A DNA stretch of 64,000 bases from Octopus sinensis (GCF_006345805.1 NC_043004.1:14818001-14882000); one strand, 5' to 3'. Counted from the stretch's first letter, positions 10,433-24,673 are shown. Notes: a model not told the origin generated them from the letters alone. Numbers and translations are program-made.

Positions 10433-11119
10433 AGTCCTTATTTCACTGACAACTCTTTATTGTGGGAAGGAGACCAGCAAACAAATGATGCATGTCAGTT
10501 TGCTAAAAAAAAAACAAATTAAAAAGTAGGTGATGAATACCATTCAGCAAGCCATTGAAGCTAGCAAAGGATGGCCGGAAATTTGTGAGATATTATTCTG
10601 TTTAGTTTGTAATGTATGTTTTATCAAATAAACGTTTATACCATTTAGCTGAAAATGTCGACTGTAGAATCGTCACAGCTCGTATCACTGTCTACTTGTT
10701 TAGCTGTTGGCGTTTTACCACTAACATACGAAGGTTTGTTTTGGGCGTAAAACTAAATCAATACACTATAGAACAGTTTAGTTTCTATCACAAAGTTTAA
10801 TATTTCATTGACGCTGTTAATATTTATTGTATGTGTTTCCGAAATTCTACGGACCATAACCATTGCAGTAAGGGCTCTACCTGACGGTTTTAGCGGCTAG
10901 AAACAACGTAGAAATCTCCCTCAAAACACATCAAGCTTAACCTAAATTTAAAAAGAAATAAAGGGACATAGTAAACAATGTAAAAAATATATTCGGAATA
11001 GCGATGAACATGAATCTGTTTGGTCGGAGAGATTCTTTAGAGCAGCTCCAGCATAAATTATCATAGAAAAAATAGGTGTAAGGGTGTTATTTAATATTAT
11101 ACAGATGTTTAAAATGTGA

Positions 11120-11660
11120 AGCCGCATGACTTAGTGGTTAGGTATTAGGCTCACTATCGTAAGTCCCTAGGTTCGATACAGGACGGTAAGTTGTGTCCTT
11201 AAGCAAATTACTTTATTTTACGTTGCTTCAGTGCATTTAGTCGGAAAAAAAATCAGTAATGCCTTTCTTTAAAAAGACCAGTCTTTCTTTTCTACCCCAG
11301 GTACAAGGCCCGAAATTTTTGGGAAGAGAGCCAGTTGGTTATATCTACCCTAGTGCACAACTGGTATCTAATTTAGTGATCGCGAAAGGATGAAATGCAA
11401 AGTCGACCTAGGCGGAATTTGAACTCAGAACGTAGCGGTAGACGAAATACGGGTAAGGATTTCGCCCGGCGTTTTAACGATTCTGCCAACTCGCCGCCTT
11501 AAAAAAAAAAAGGCCACTCTTTGTCGCATTCTTTATCATGTTGAATCTCTCTGTGAACTACTTGCCTGTGGAGTATGCAGCCACTTGCACGTTAATATGA
11601 CGAGCAGGCCGTTTCGTCGATTCAATCAGCTCTCTCCTCACCGCCGACGGAGAGCCAGTT
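11120..11660 (+). mobile_element. SINE family C interrupted by a family B SINE
   Basis: Head catgacttagtggttagg...ggttcgatac. The body resumes at about 11508 and ends in gacggagagccagtt. Confidence 0.8.
11287..11500 (-). mobile_element. tRNA-derived SINE family B (MetaSINE-like core), full length
   Basis: Minus-strand head aaggcggcgagttggcagaatcgttaaa, B-box-like gagttcaaattcc, core gtcgactttgcatttcatcctttcg. Flanked by a degenerate TSD (11271-11286 and 11508-11522). Confidence 0.85.
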
Positions 11661-12086
11661 GTGAAGGTGAGTTGATTAAAATAATCATAATGAAGTAGTC
11701 GTCAATAAAGTCTTGACACAGAGAAGGATGTATCAGATTGTATATATCAACAATATTTAACTCTAACGTGGAGTTTATACTGTTAAAGATTAATGACCAA
11801 TGCGTAAACATAAACAACGCGTGTGGTATAATTAACAGAGGCAAATTTATTTTATTTCGTGAATGTTATCAACATTGGCAAACAATTAATATGGAGCTTA
11901 ATTAGAATCAGAATGGGTTTTAGAATAGTTGTTTATACACATAAAAACTTAGACGTTTTATATGTAATAATGGTTCTTAAGTATGTGAGTTTATGAATGT
12001 ATCTAAATGGATTAGAAGAGAGGAAACTTTATCATCGGAACACGTGCAGAATACAGTCTCTGACTGAGGTTCATTAGGAAATAAGT

Positions 12087-12424
12087 TCTCCCTTTCTTTC
12101 TTTCGTTATGCCTCTCTTTCGCTAATTTTCTTTCTTTCCTTCTTTCTTTTCTTCATTCTTTCTTTCTTTCCTTCCTTCCTTCCTTCTTTCTTTCCCTCTT
12201 TCTTTCCTTCTTCCTTTCTTTCCTTCTTTCCTCCTTTCCTTCTTTCTTTCCTTCCTCTTTTCCTTCTTTCCTTCCTTCTTTTCTTCCTTCCTTTCTTCCT
12301 TCCTTCCTTCTTCCCTTCATTCCTTCTTCCTTCCTTCCTTATTTACTTCCTTCCTTCTTTCCTCCTTTCTTTTTCTTTCCCTCTTTCTTTCTTTCTTTCT
12401 TTCTCTCTCTCTCTCTCTCTCTCT
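12087..12424. repeat. Polypyrimidine tract (CTTT/CCTT/CT)n
   Basis: About 340 bp almost entirely C/T on the + strand. Confidence 0.95.
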
Positions 12425-13815
12425 GCGTCTATATCTGTGAGTGCGTGAGTGTGTGTGCGTGTGGAACGCACGTGCGTGCGTGTGTGCGTCCGTGTGTACA
12501 CGCAGTGTGTGCGCGCGTGTTTTTGTGTCTTTTAAATCATTTATGGAATGGCGAATGAAAAATATTAAATGAGACAGTTGTGTTATTTTGTTTTAAAAAC
12601 TTACGAAAAAAGAAAACGAAGAAATTATATTAAATTAATCTTTTTGAAATGCTTCTGTTGCATGAAGGAACACATTTTTAAAGAATTATTAAATAAAATA
12701 TCCATTTATAGAATGAAATAGAAAACAATTCCTCTGTCTTCAAGTTGAACGAGCTGTTTCCTTTTGAATAATTCATTACAATATTGCATTGATAACATCA
12801 ACAGCATCGCTGCATTTTGAATTTAAGCTATTTCCTACGAAACAATATATAAAATTGATATGGCAGGTAACTTTTTTTTCTATATCTAAAATTTAAATTT
12901 CAATCTCCACTTCGTTTTCGCGGGGCTTTATACTAATAATGTTGAAGTAAACACATAAAACAAAGATAAACATATTGTAACAGTTCGGTGAGTGACATGT
13001 TAATGAAAAGTAATGTAAAAATTATTTGCTATAGAAAATTATGAAAAGCAATTCTAAAAAATAATTCTGTATGTATTCTCAGAAGAAATCTTCGGCTTCC
13101 TGATACATATTGAATATCAACTAACTTTATTTGGAAAATGAAGACGTATACTCTTATTCATGCTTTCTGTAGTACATTTACGCAAAACATCTCCAATGAA
13201 TAGAAGTGCACATCATTTACTTCCGAGTTATGATAAAAAGAAGACCGACATTGCAAGTAACATATATTCAATTCTACATTGATATTTGAACACTTCATTT
13301 TCTGCCACAATAATTTAAATATACATACCTTGCATACCTTGAATACAAATTAGTAATACATATTTAAGGTAAACTTCTGAATCAGTATTATATCATGATT
13401 CTATTGAAATATATTTGGTAATATTTTGGGTAGTTTATTTGTTCTATATCCATCACTGTTAAATACAGTGAGCATTCAGATGGTCGTCTTCAGGACCGTG
13501 GTGACTAATACAAAGTAATGAGAGCTGTGCACATTGCAGACTTGTCATTCTGTACAGTTAAATAATACGTTACAAAATAAGAAGCTATGAACTACAATGG
13601 TAATTGTATAATATAAATCTATTTTGACATCTTAACTTTCAACTACAGAAAGGGAGGTGTAACGAGCCAGTTGACACTTTTACGCTCATATTTATAGCTT
13701 GTAAAGTGACTGCATTTCGTATTCCACAAAAGATCGGATATGATTCCATCATTTCTAAGTAATTAGATGTTATACAAAGATGACATTTCTATATTTAAGA
13801 GATGAGGAATTATGA

Positions 13816-13952
13816 GCATTATTTACCTTATTTACATTCAACGGATATTTGTCCTCAACCTGTTTGTTTTTAACACTTGTTTGTGTTAACAACAAACAAG
13901 ATGAGGACAAATATCCGTTGAATGTAAATAATATAGACAATGTAAATAATGC
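13816..13952. repeat. Inverted repeat (49-bp arms, 6-nt loop), possibly Penelope-derived
   Basis: 13828-13876 versus 13883-13931 with 3 mismatches. Outer gcattatttac/gtaaataatgc also pair. Confidence 0.85.
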
Positions 13953-16183
13953 AAATGATGACATTTTATCTACGCAATTTTACCTCCAAAAGGTATGTTT
14001 CTGGTCATTTAGCGCTGGCATAACCTGATAACATAAAATAATATTATTAAATTTTTCACATACAAAAAATAGTCCTCGGAATACTGATACGCTTGCTATT
14101 CGATGGTTTATAATGTAGACAAAGAAAAACTATATATTTAATTTTGACATGCTTTAGTTCTAAATAAAACAACCGTAACATAATGTAAAAAGCGAATATT
14201 CTAGAAATATTAAAGTGCCATGTACATCGGGTAATGTAACATAAATAGAATGATTTTCAGTAATTAGAACATTTGGGTCCATACATTCGAGAATTTGATC
14301 TCAGAATCTATCGTACGCGGATAATTTTGCTTACACATTTACGAATTCTTAACAAAGAAAGTTATTTAAAACCTTACACCTAGCAGAAAGAAAAAAAAAA
14401 CATGTAGCGATAGCTGAACAGAAGACCCTTTTCTTTATGCAATTGTTTCGGTTCTTAGCTCATTACATTCTAAGTGGTCCGGGTTAACTCCAACTTATGA
14501 ATCCTGGATATTATTCTGCTTCAACATTTTATGTTACTGTCCTTATTGCAATCTTCCTTGTTTCTTAAGTTATCCCAGAGTCAAGGTACTTACATTGTGG
14601 TAAGAGAGCAGGTGAGCGTAGGATAAATTTTGCTTTGTAAAATTCATTTCTATTTCTCCAAATGGAATTCTTTATAAATTGTTTCTGCCGTTGCCTTAAG
14701 AACCTGAAAACTATGTCATCAGATGATAGGCACAGAAATCCTTTCATTTCCTACCTTTATGAAACGGACTCTGGTCTGGAAGCCAGATTCTCTGAATCTC
14801 ATGGTAAAGCGGTCGTATTTTTCAGTAGATGTAGGCTTCCTCCACACTTATTCATATGATACTGTGTGTTCAATGAGAATAACTAATAGAAGCTTTACAC
14901 CTGAAGACGCCACTTTAGTCCTATTTCACTGTGTAGTAGCTTCACAATAGCTTTGACGTTTTATAATACTAAAACATAGTTTGAGGAAAATGGGACGTGC
15001 GGACATGTATTGAAAAAAAGCGGTCTGTGCACCAAATAAGTCAATAAAGACAACATTATTCTTGAAATTTACTCTTTGTATAACCTGTTCTATAAACATT
15101 TATATTTCTTCGGGTTACACACTTTAAATTATAAATATATAAATATCAATTAGTTTTTCTTTATATAACTGAGTAGCTTTAAAGAACAATTCCTTGATCG
15201 ACATGGTACCTTCCCCAAATGAATAGCTAAAAGCACTCTGAAATTTGATATCGTTTTAATATTTAATATTTGCAGTTTGTTTAGCACTCATGGCCTCTAA
15301 GTGCTACTTGATGGAAGAATTAGGTTAGACGTTTTGGGAATCATGGAAAGCTAACGATTAAATTTTTGATTTATAATTAAAAGAATTGTAATGTGCGTTT
15401 GTGTGTGTCTCTACCAGTTGTGAAACACCATTAATTGTTCTACATACACTATTTTATGTTAAATGCTATCATATTTATACGGTGGCAAACGTGAAATAAT
15501 TTATTGAGAAACGAGGAATTAATACAAATTTAATAAAAAATATCAAAACAGAAATACAAAAATATGTTGAACGCCAGTTTTCCTTTACCATCTCTTCTAT
15601 TTTACTCATAATATGTGAAAAACTACATCAATTATAGATTTCGGCATCTGGTGCAAAACACAATTTGGTAGATTTTGAGAGGAAGTTGGGGAATTTAAGC
15701 GAGAGTTGCAGCTTCACGGGGCGTTAGATATATTCTTATCGGGTAAGTTTAAGTTTATTGGGCCACAGGATGTCACTTACGTGAAGTGAATCTTTAGTAA
15801 GAACAAGATAATCATTAGATTTTAAATCCTAATAATTAATTAGTTTGTAAATATTAACATAAAGTAGTGAGAATAATATATAATAAGACTATAAGGGGCT
15901 GTTTCAAACTTCTTTCATGATGAGTAAAGTCGTATAAAGATATACATTGAAAAATGCTGAGGTGGAGAGATACATTTTCTGTACTGAATTGAGCAAGATC
16001 GAGTGTTCTAGATACCAGAAATGTTTTCAACTAGTATACAATGTATAGATTATCTAATGGAGACTGTCAATATAAACACATATTTTCATGCATATATTCG
16101 AACATACTAACATACATACATGCATACATACATACATACATACATACTAGTATATATATGTATACATTACTAAATATATATAT

Positions 16184-16229
<46 letters not shown>

Positions 16230-16239
16230 TATATACATA

Positions 16240-16316
<77 letters not shown>

Positions 16317-17241
16317 ACATACATACGGCCGTACTGCATTACTAGTTGACATCCTGTTACTTTTTTTATCATATTTACCTTACTTCCAGGTGTGTGGACA
16401 GTATCAGACTGACCTGGTGCTTCAACCTAAGTACCTAATTCAATTGAATCTTAATTACATGTATATATATGTAATCATGTTACATATAGGCATTTGTACG
16501 AGAGAGACAGAAAACGAGTGAAGGTTTATGTAAGAGAGTGACTGCTCGGACTTAACATGACCCATTTACAAATCGAAGCCGATTATACACACACACACAC
16601 TCATGCACACCGCAGATACACACACATACACATATGTATGTATGAATGTAATCATGCATGTATGTATATATGTATGTATCTATATCTATCTATCTATCTA
16701 TCTAAATATATATATATATATATATATATTCACGAAGTACACATGATAATCTACCCGCGTGATGTGGGTGAGGGTACTGAAGCAAATAAAATATACATGT
16801 CGGTTGAAACTTAGGCAAATATTCTATAATGGAATATTCAGTTAGTCATTTGATTGTGTAATAGGCATACAAAACAAATAAACTGGCAATTGATATACTT
16901 ATCAAAACTCCAGTTTACCTATATCGATCTAAGATATACTTTCGATCTAGATAGAAAGTACATTGTAGGCAAGCAACACAGAATATGGCAATAGGCAACC
17001 GATAGGATCTTCGAGTTCGTTCATCAATCTTGTATTATATGATATCAAATTATTGTTTGTAAATGATATTCACACAGAAAGAAGCTGGTAATATCGTTCA
17101 ATATCGTTAATAATTATATCTTAGTCATTCCTGAACATATATACTTACATCTATATAGAAAAATGCACACAGACACACCAACATGCAAACACAACATACG
17201 TAAGCATATTTGTATATGTACACGTTTGATATATATTTTTT

Positions 17242-17577
17242 TTATTCTTTTACTTGTTTCCGTCATTTGACTGCGGTCATGCCAGAGTACTGCCTTTAGT
17301 CGAGCAAATCGACTCCGGGACTTATTCTTTGTAATCCTAGTACTTATTCTATCTCTTTTGCCGAACAACTTAGTTATGGGGACGTAAACTCACCAACATC
17401 GGCTGTCAAGCGATATTGGCTGGGGGGACAAACGCAGACACACAAACATATGCACACGCATACATATATACATATATATACACGACGGGCTTTTTTCAGT
17501 TTCTGTCTACCAAATCCAATCACAAGTCGTTTGGTCGGCTCGAAGCAATAGTAGAAGACACTTACCCAGGGTGCCAC
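17242..17577 (-). mobile_element. SINE family A, head truncated
   Basis: Homology to the other family A copies. Confidence 0.9.
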
Positions 17578-18959
17578 ATGTATATGCATGTATGTGTATA
17601 TGTATGTATATGATGTGTGAGAGAATGTGTGTATGCCTGTGAGTGAGAATGTATGTATCTATACTTATTTATATGTTTGTATATGTATATATTTATGCAT
17701 ATATGTATATACACACACATATATGGATCTGCAGATGTAAACGAAATCACCATGGCTTTCTCTGATATGGTTTATTTAGTGCAATACTAATATGTTACAG
17801 CTGAGCTATATACAAGACTATAATCTGAGTAGATCTAAATCAAGTTTAATCATTAACACTGGGCATTATAACAAGAATATCATACCACGGACGTTCGTAT
17901 ACCATTTTGTATGTTTGCATCAGTCATCATACAGTTTATTAGTAAGTGGATAAGAATGGTGTTACTCCAATTATTGCAGTTTATATTATGTTTCCATTAT
18001 TTTGAAGGAGACGTTGTAGAAATGTATCTCCGATTGAAGGATATAAAAACATTACTATTCAGGAAAACAGGACAATTTTCATGCCTAGTTACTTGTTGCT
18101 TTTCAGGTTACGTTTGACTGATCAGGCTGAGATGTACAAGACATTAATATCTTCCACTCTTTTCAGTATGTTTATATCGCATTATTATTTTGAAAGTGTT
18201 TCCTTTGAAAACAATAATGCATAGTTTGGCTGCTATTTCTCTAAAAACCACATGAAGTATCCCGCAGCGGAGCATCATGTACCTTAAAATGCTAAAAGCG
18301 TACGACATTTCATATCTTGTTGGTAAGAAAACATGGTTTCAAGCAATAACTGTGTGCATATAATTAATAAACGCGAGGGTTTGTACCCTGCCATACCTCA
18401 CATCAGATATAATGAATATGTTTGCGTGCTACATTCGAGATGTATACATGTAATTACATTACGGTGTACGGTTAATCAACGATATGCAATTTAAATACGT
18501 GTAATAAATATTCATATGTTCATTAAATACACATTATGCAATTGTATTGAGCAACAGTATATGTATTTCATACAAAGACACATTATTCTAGATTTTGTAT
18601 AACATTCAACAAGAGAAGTTTCTGTTGGTCATAAATGTGTGCACTCTTCCAAAAGTTCATGCCTATAGTTAGCAATAACAGATAAATGGGCGAAAGAAAT
18701 GTTTTATCTACAGAACTGTTTTTAATTCTGACGAAACTTAAAACAGGCTAAACAAAAAAGGTTTTCCTTCAGATCAAATGTAAAGACATGACAACATAAA
18801 AAAGTACTTTGTATGTAAATTCTTAAGTGTATATGAATACATACATGTTGACTAATGCATACATAATATATATTTAACATATACATCTATATATATATGT
18901 ACACACAAACACACTTTTGCATATATATATATATAAAACTGAGTAAAATAAACAAAATT

Positions 18960-19095
18960 CATTTCTACTATAGGCAAAAGGTCTGAAATTATGGAAGAAA
19001 GACTCCGATTGCAACATCCCCTACCCCAGTTCTTAAATGGTACTTATTTGGTCGACCCCGAAAGGATCAATGGCAAAGCTGACCTTGGTGGAACT
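18960..19095 (-). mobile_element. SINE family B, partial
   Basis: tggtacttatttggtcgaccccgaaaggat...ggcaaagctgacctt core. Confidence 0.65.
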
Positions 19096-19543
19096 TAAAA
19101 AAGCTGAACTTAAAAAAGAAAGACGGAAGAAGTTGGTTTGTTGGTTTTCCAGTTCAGAGAGAGGGAGAAATAAAAAAAAATAGAGAGATGCTGTTTGAGT
19201 TAATATAAGAGATACAGTTTGAGTGCATATAATAGGCTTGGCGGCAGGCAATGGGTAAATAGACGCAACATTCACACAGAGTGAGAGATAAATAATCATA
19301 GATACATAGGAGGAAGAGGGGGAGTAAAATACTGAATAGTTATAGGAGGTACTGAAAAGTCTTACTTTCTGTGTATGATTATATATTGATATTATAAAGA
19401 TATTTCTTTTAGAAATCTGTATTCATTTCATAATTTGTAATAAACACTAAGATATTTAATAAAATTATTTCTGTATACTATATTACCTGATATGGATAAT
19501 GTATACATACACCTTTGCCAGTCCATCATGTAACGGGGAGCAC

Positions 19544-19575
<32 letters not shown>

Positions 19576-19642
19576 TATCTATCTATCTATATATATACAC
19601 CTGTCTTTGTCTTTTGTTTTATATATATATATAATATATATA

Positions 19643-19689
<47 letters not shown>

Positions 19690-20784
19690 TGTGTATGCAT
19701 GTGTATATGCATGTATGTGTGTTTATATGTATATATGATGAGGTATGTCTATGTGTGTGTGCGTGTGAATGTCCACGTTCTTTTCTAATTTTAACCTTAA
19801 AATTTATTAATGTTTATATCTATTATTTTCAGTCATTTAACATTTATTCCTTACTTAAATTTCGTCGCTTTTGTGTTAGTATGGCCGTCTTGTTCTAAGT
19901 CGTTTAAACAGGGGCTCCGTATAAATTTGGGCTGTTGCTGCACATCATAAAAAAATGGCACCTCCATATCATAAATATTATAAAGCACACCATTTTTGCA
20001 TTTCTGCCAGATGAATTTCAATTCCTGAGCTAATATACTGCATATACTAGATAAATTTATGCAATTGCTAGACCATGCGGGTATAATCTTTAGATTTTTT
20101 TATATTATTTTCTACTGTAATTGTTCATATTGTTGTAATGACTTACAAAGATTTGGTAGTTATTTTTTACTATTATGCTTGTATTACTGCTACTAATAAT
20201 TGCCTCTGTTTAGGTTTATCAAACAGATTTAGGCATATAAGAATTTCTCAACGCAATCCTTTCTCGTGTTATTATTTACTAGGCTAAAATCTATGTAAGT
20301 TAGAGCTAATATTTCTATCAGGCTGAGCTCACTTTTCACAACTTCCATATATATATAGCGCTTTGTATACTAGTAATCTGGGGAAAATTCTGTTAGATAC
20401 GCAATACACAAAACACAAACACATATTTGAAAATCGAAAAACGGCAGATTTCTACGTTTTAAAACTACCTTTTGAAAACACGAAAATGACACTTCAGGAA
20501 AAATTTACAAGTTATATATATATATATATATATGTACACACTTTTCATTTTATTCTTTAGCAAAACCCGAAGAAAAATAATTAAAATATTCATATATATA
20601 TATATTTATATTTACAACCGTTTCAAGCATTAATTTTCAATTTTAATGCGTATATATACATATGTACATACATACATACATATATGTGTATATATTATAT
20701 ATATATATATATTATATATATATATATTATATATATATATATAGGCATATATATATATATATATATGCGTATATATAATATATA

Positions 20785-20827
<43 letters not shown>

Positions 20828-21173
20828 TATATACATATATATATACGTGCGTGTGTATGAGCGTGGCCGTGTATGTGGACATGTATGTATACCTACGTTT
20901 TACAGCTAATGTAAGTATAGATAGTGTGTACATATATTTCTATCAGGACATATTAATGATCGGTAATTTCCTTTTTTAGGGCCTCGTGTTTTCGGAAAGA
21001 ATTTTTTTTCATTCTCATAGAACAGTTACACTTTATGTGTCTATGACAAAAGTTTTACTGTTCAATGCATGCAGCGAAAATAAAATTTCGAAAAAGCGAG
21101 ACGCACTTTGGCATCTACAATCTATTGCATGCTCCCCACCTTAATTTCGCTGAAATATAAAACTATATATATG

Positions 21174-22033
21174 CATAGGTGAATTCCAATAGTCTTGAGA
21201 ATATTTTGGGAGAAGTGCAAGTATAACTGTCGTTGAGTAGGATTTTAGTATATCATTACTAAGAATCTAACATGCTGAACCGCCCAACTTCTGATATTCA
21301 ACACTCAAGGTGATGCACTTTTAAGCACTTTAACCACTCCCTTTTAAACATTGCTTGTCACAACTGACTATTTTGCCAGATATAGTGGGGACACCTGAGT
21401 GCTCGTTATTCATAACGGTTTTCCGTTAAACTGGGTAAAAAGGCTACAGAAGCCTCTGTGTTGCTTCAGACTTCTTAGAGGCTAACGTTTTTGTTGCTCG
21501 AGAGTGCCAGGGATGGTGGAGAGAATGTAAGGCACAATGAGAGGAATGGATATTGCGCGGTATTAGAACATCAGGGCTGGTTGAGAAAATTCGCAACTTA
21601 TAATCACATGGTGCTTATAAAGACAATGAACATACTGTTTGGAGTAGGTGTGTCAACTGGACACAGAATAATTCAGGAAGATCTAACCATGCGTACAATT
21701 TGGGCAAATTTTTCCCAGGGCACTCAGTAACGAAAATACTGTTAACCAGCTACTCAAGAGTAACGGGCATCATAATTGTTCTTCACCCTCCCTACAATCC
21801 CTTCATCATTTGTTCCTTCCCTATTCGAGAGTAGCCTTTTGAAGATGAAGGGGGCTGTGACAAGCTGGACATCTTCACTTTGGAGGGCTTCAGTAGGTTT
21901 GTCACTAAATGCTATTACAAGTGCATTGAAGTCAGACCATCTTAGTTGAAAAGAAATTGGAGCTTTTTTTACAACTTCAAAATTGAAAAATGTTCTCTTG
22001 AAAAGATTCGTAGACTTTTGGAATGCACCTTGT
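21174..22033 (+). mobile_element. mariner (Tc1/mariner) transposon remnant with TIRs
   Basis: TIRs aggtgaattccaatagtct and agacttttggaatgcacct. Transposase relics VKLGKKATE, IIQEDLTMRTIWANF and LHPPYNP (YSPDL-like). Confidence 0.8.
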
Positions 22034-22084
22034 CCATATATATATATTATATATATATATGTATATATATATATATTATATATA

Positions 22085-22156
<72 letters not shown>

Positions 22157-22191
22157 ATGTATGTATATGTATATATATATATATATATATC

Positions 22192-22225
<34 letters not shown>

Positions 22226-22284
22226 ATATGTATATATATATATGTATATATATATATATGTGTGATATATATATATATATATCA

Positions 22285-22322
<38 letters not shown>

Positions 22323-22484
22323 TTATAAAGGATGATAAAGAAGCCTTTGGGATTTGTTGTTTGCAAACGGAGGGAAAGAATTGTTAATATTAGGGATGCA
22401 CGGTTTGGAAGGCTGCATCTGCCAGTTAAAGAGGAGCGTAGCAAGCAAATCCAACCAAATCATAATTATACAAATAATAATAAT

Positions 22485-23140
22485 TGTTTCTAATTTTGGC
22501 ACAAGTCAAGTATTTGTAAAGGAAGTGGGCTAGTCGATAGCATCGACCCGGTAATTTACTACTATAATAGTTTATCCGCTCAGGATGGATGGAAGATAAA
22601 ATTGACCTGGACGGGGTTTGAACTTAGAACGTTAATCCCAGGCAGAACTACCGCCAAACATGTTATACCGGCGTGCTAACGATTCTGCCATTTCATAAAA
22701 TTTAATTCTTTCTAGTATTGGCACAAAGCCTGAAATTTCGAGGTTGGGGCCAAATAGGTTATATTAATTCAGCCGTAGTGCTTTATTGTTATTTATTTTA
22801 TTATCCTCGAACGCACGAAAATCAGTCAGCTTTGGCGGAATTTGAAGAGTTATAAAGGAAAGAAAAGGACAAATACCGCCAAGCATTTCTTTCGACTTGT
22901 TTACTATCCTGCTAGCTCGCCGCCTGGAGGATTTCAAATTTGAATAGGACTCCAGCAGCATTTCAGGAAGTGGGTAAATCGATAACGTCGACCCGAGTAT
23001 TCAACTGGTACTCAATTTGCCATCCAGGGAAGGATGAAATGTAAAGTTGCCTCGGTGAAATTTTGACTCCAAACGCAGAGTCGCAATAGAGACTTCGAAA
23101 TATGTTGTCCAACGCTTTAATGCTTGTGCCAACACGCCAT
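22485..23140 (-). mobile_element. Three head-to-tail degenerate family B SINEs (about 22485-22690, 22705-22925, 22945-23140)
   Basis: Each carries part of the ggcacaa tail, the ggatg..ag..aaa.ttgacct core and the ctgcca/gctcgccgcct head. Confidence 0.7.
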
Positions 23141-23194
23141 AAAAGTAATTATAAATTACAATTATTGTTATATGTATGCTAAAGAATGTTTGTT

Positions 23195-23345
23195 TAATAA
23201 TAATAATAAAAGTAATAATAATAAAAATAATAGTAATAATCATAATGATAATAATAATAATAATAAAAGTAATAATAATAAAAATAATAGTAATAATCAT
23301 AATGATAATAATGATAATAATAATAATAATAATAATAATAATATA
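23195..23345. repeat. Degenerate (TAA)n tract with internal ~50-bp duplication
   Basis: Direct reading; aaaagtaataataataaaaataatagtaataatcataatgat occurs twice. Confidence 0.9.
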
Positions 23346-23982
23346 AAGGATATTGAAGCAACAGAGGAACGGTATTGCAAAAGATTGCAAAAAGAGAGTG
23401 CATTCGTTGTCTTTCCGGAGACAACAGTAACAAAAAAAGAAACCGCTTGTCGATACTTGCCTATTTCACATCTATCTGTTGAGAGAGAATAAAAAATAAA
23501 AGAAGCAGAAGGATATTACAGTTATTATTAATATGCTTACTGCCTTCACTTTCTGATTTAGATTTACTCACATATCGATTAGAGTTAACCCTTTTCCTGC
23601 TGAAAGCTCCTGTTTCTGTTTTAAAAAATTTAACGGTAAGAAATGTTTGAAACATCAAGCATTATTTTAATGTAATAAATAATAATGAAAGTGATACTGA
23701 ATGAAATATAATTGTGTGTAACGTAATTTGTAATATGTGTTTAAATGGAATTTGCATGTTTTCTAGATATGTAACCATACCTTTATTTCTATGGAAATTA
23801 CTCTTTATATGATACTGTCTATTTCTCTCTCTTTCTCTGTCTCTCTACAGAGTTATCCTTATTTGTGTGCGTTTATGTCTATTTGTTTTTGTGTGTATAA
23901 TATGTGTATGTATTTCTATATCGATATGTGCATATACATACATATATACGTATACATTATACATACATTATACATAAATTCA

Positions 23983-24673
23983 TACGAAGGCTCATGAATA
24001 AGTTCCCGCACTGATGCCATAGTAAAGAAACTAAAGCACGTAGTGAATGCGCTCTACGTTTTAAAGTCCTAGCTCACTTCCGCTGTTTACAGCAGTGCTT
24101 TGAAGGAACGTGTGTGGCGTGTGATTGTCGCATTGATTATGACTGAGCGAAATTTAAACAAAGAGTCTGTATCCAATTTTGCCAAAAGCTTGGCGATACC
24201 TGCTCAAAGTTTTCAAAAGGCTTTCATCGTTCTCGATTCAATCAAAGAGATCTTGTGCAACTGAAACGTGTCTTTTTCGTCAGCAGAAAGCAGTTTGGGC
24301 ACACATTTGGCAGACACACATCTCATTCCTAAATCTTCAGTGATTCGATGATTTCCCCTCACAGCTGCACGAACATCTGCGATGTTTTACTCAGTTCTGC
24401 TGGTTGTGGAACTCCCAAAACGTTCGTCAATATCGACATTTTTTCGGCCATCTTGGAAAGGCCTTAAACTCTCGTACATTCGTGTGTGATTCATAATTCC
24501 TATCCATACAATTTCTTTAACTGTGCATAAGCCTCTGTGCATGTATCGCCATAACAACTTTCACCCATTACTTTCAAGCAGTTCATGGTCAGTCTGAGCC
24601 AAACGGTTTTACTATGTGTGCTTTAGCTTCGTTACTATGCCAAAAATCCGGTTACTTATTGATCATATCTGTA
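23983..24673 (+). mobile_element. mariner remnant with long terminal inverted repeats and an internal inversion
   Basis: Terminal IRs contain aataagt...catagtaa.gaa.ctaaagcac. The + strand reads RVCIQFCQKLGDTC. The minus strand of 24207-24551 reads GDTCTEAYAQLKKLYG...FQDGRKNVDIDER...TEDLGMRCVSAKCVPKLLS. Confidence 0.8.

Noticed and set aside
14565-14950. Possible very old RT relic on the minus strand (LSSDDIVF, CKYLDSGIT)
   Set aside because: The motifs are too degenerate to call without a profile search.
16390-16432. Acceptor-like ttaccttacttccag as a possible exon start
   Set aside because: There is no good downstream donor and no recognisable peptide.
20370-21145. Possible MITE or DNA-transposon termini around a (TA)n block; similar fragments at 3870-4060 and 54740-54900
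   Set aside because: Matching TIRs or TSDs could not be established.
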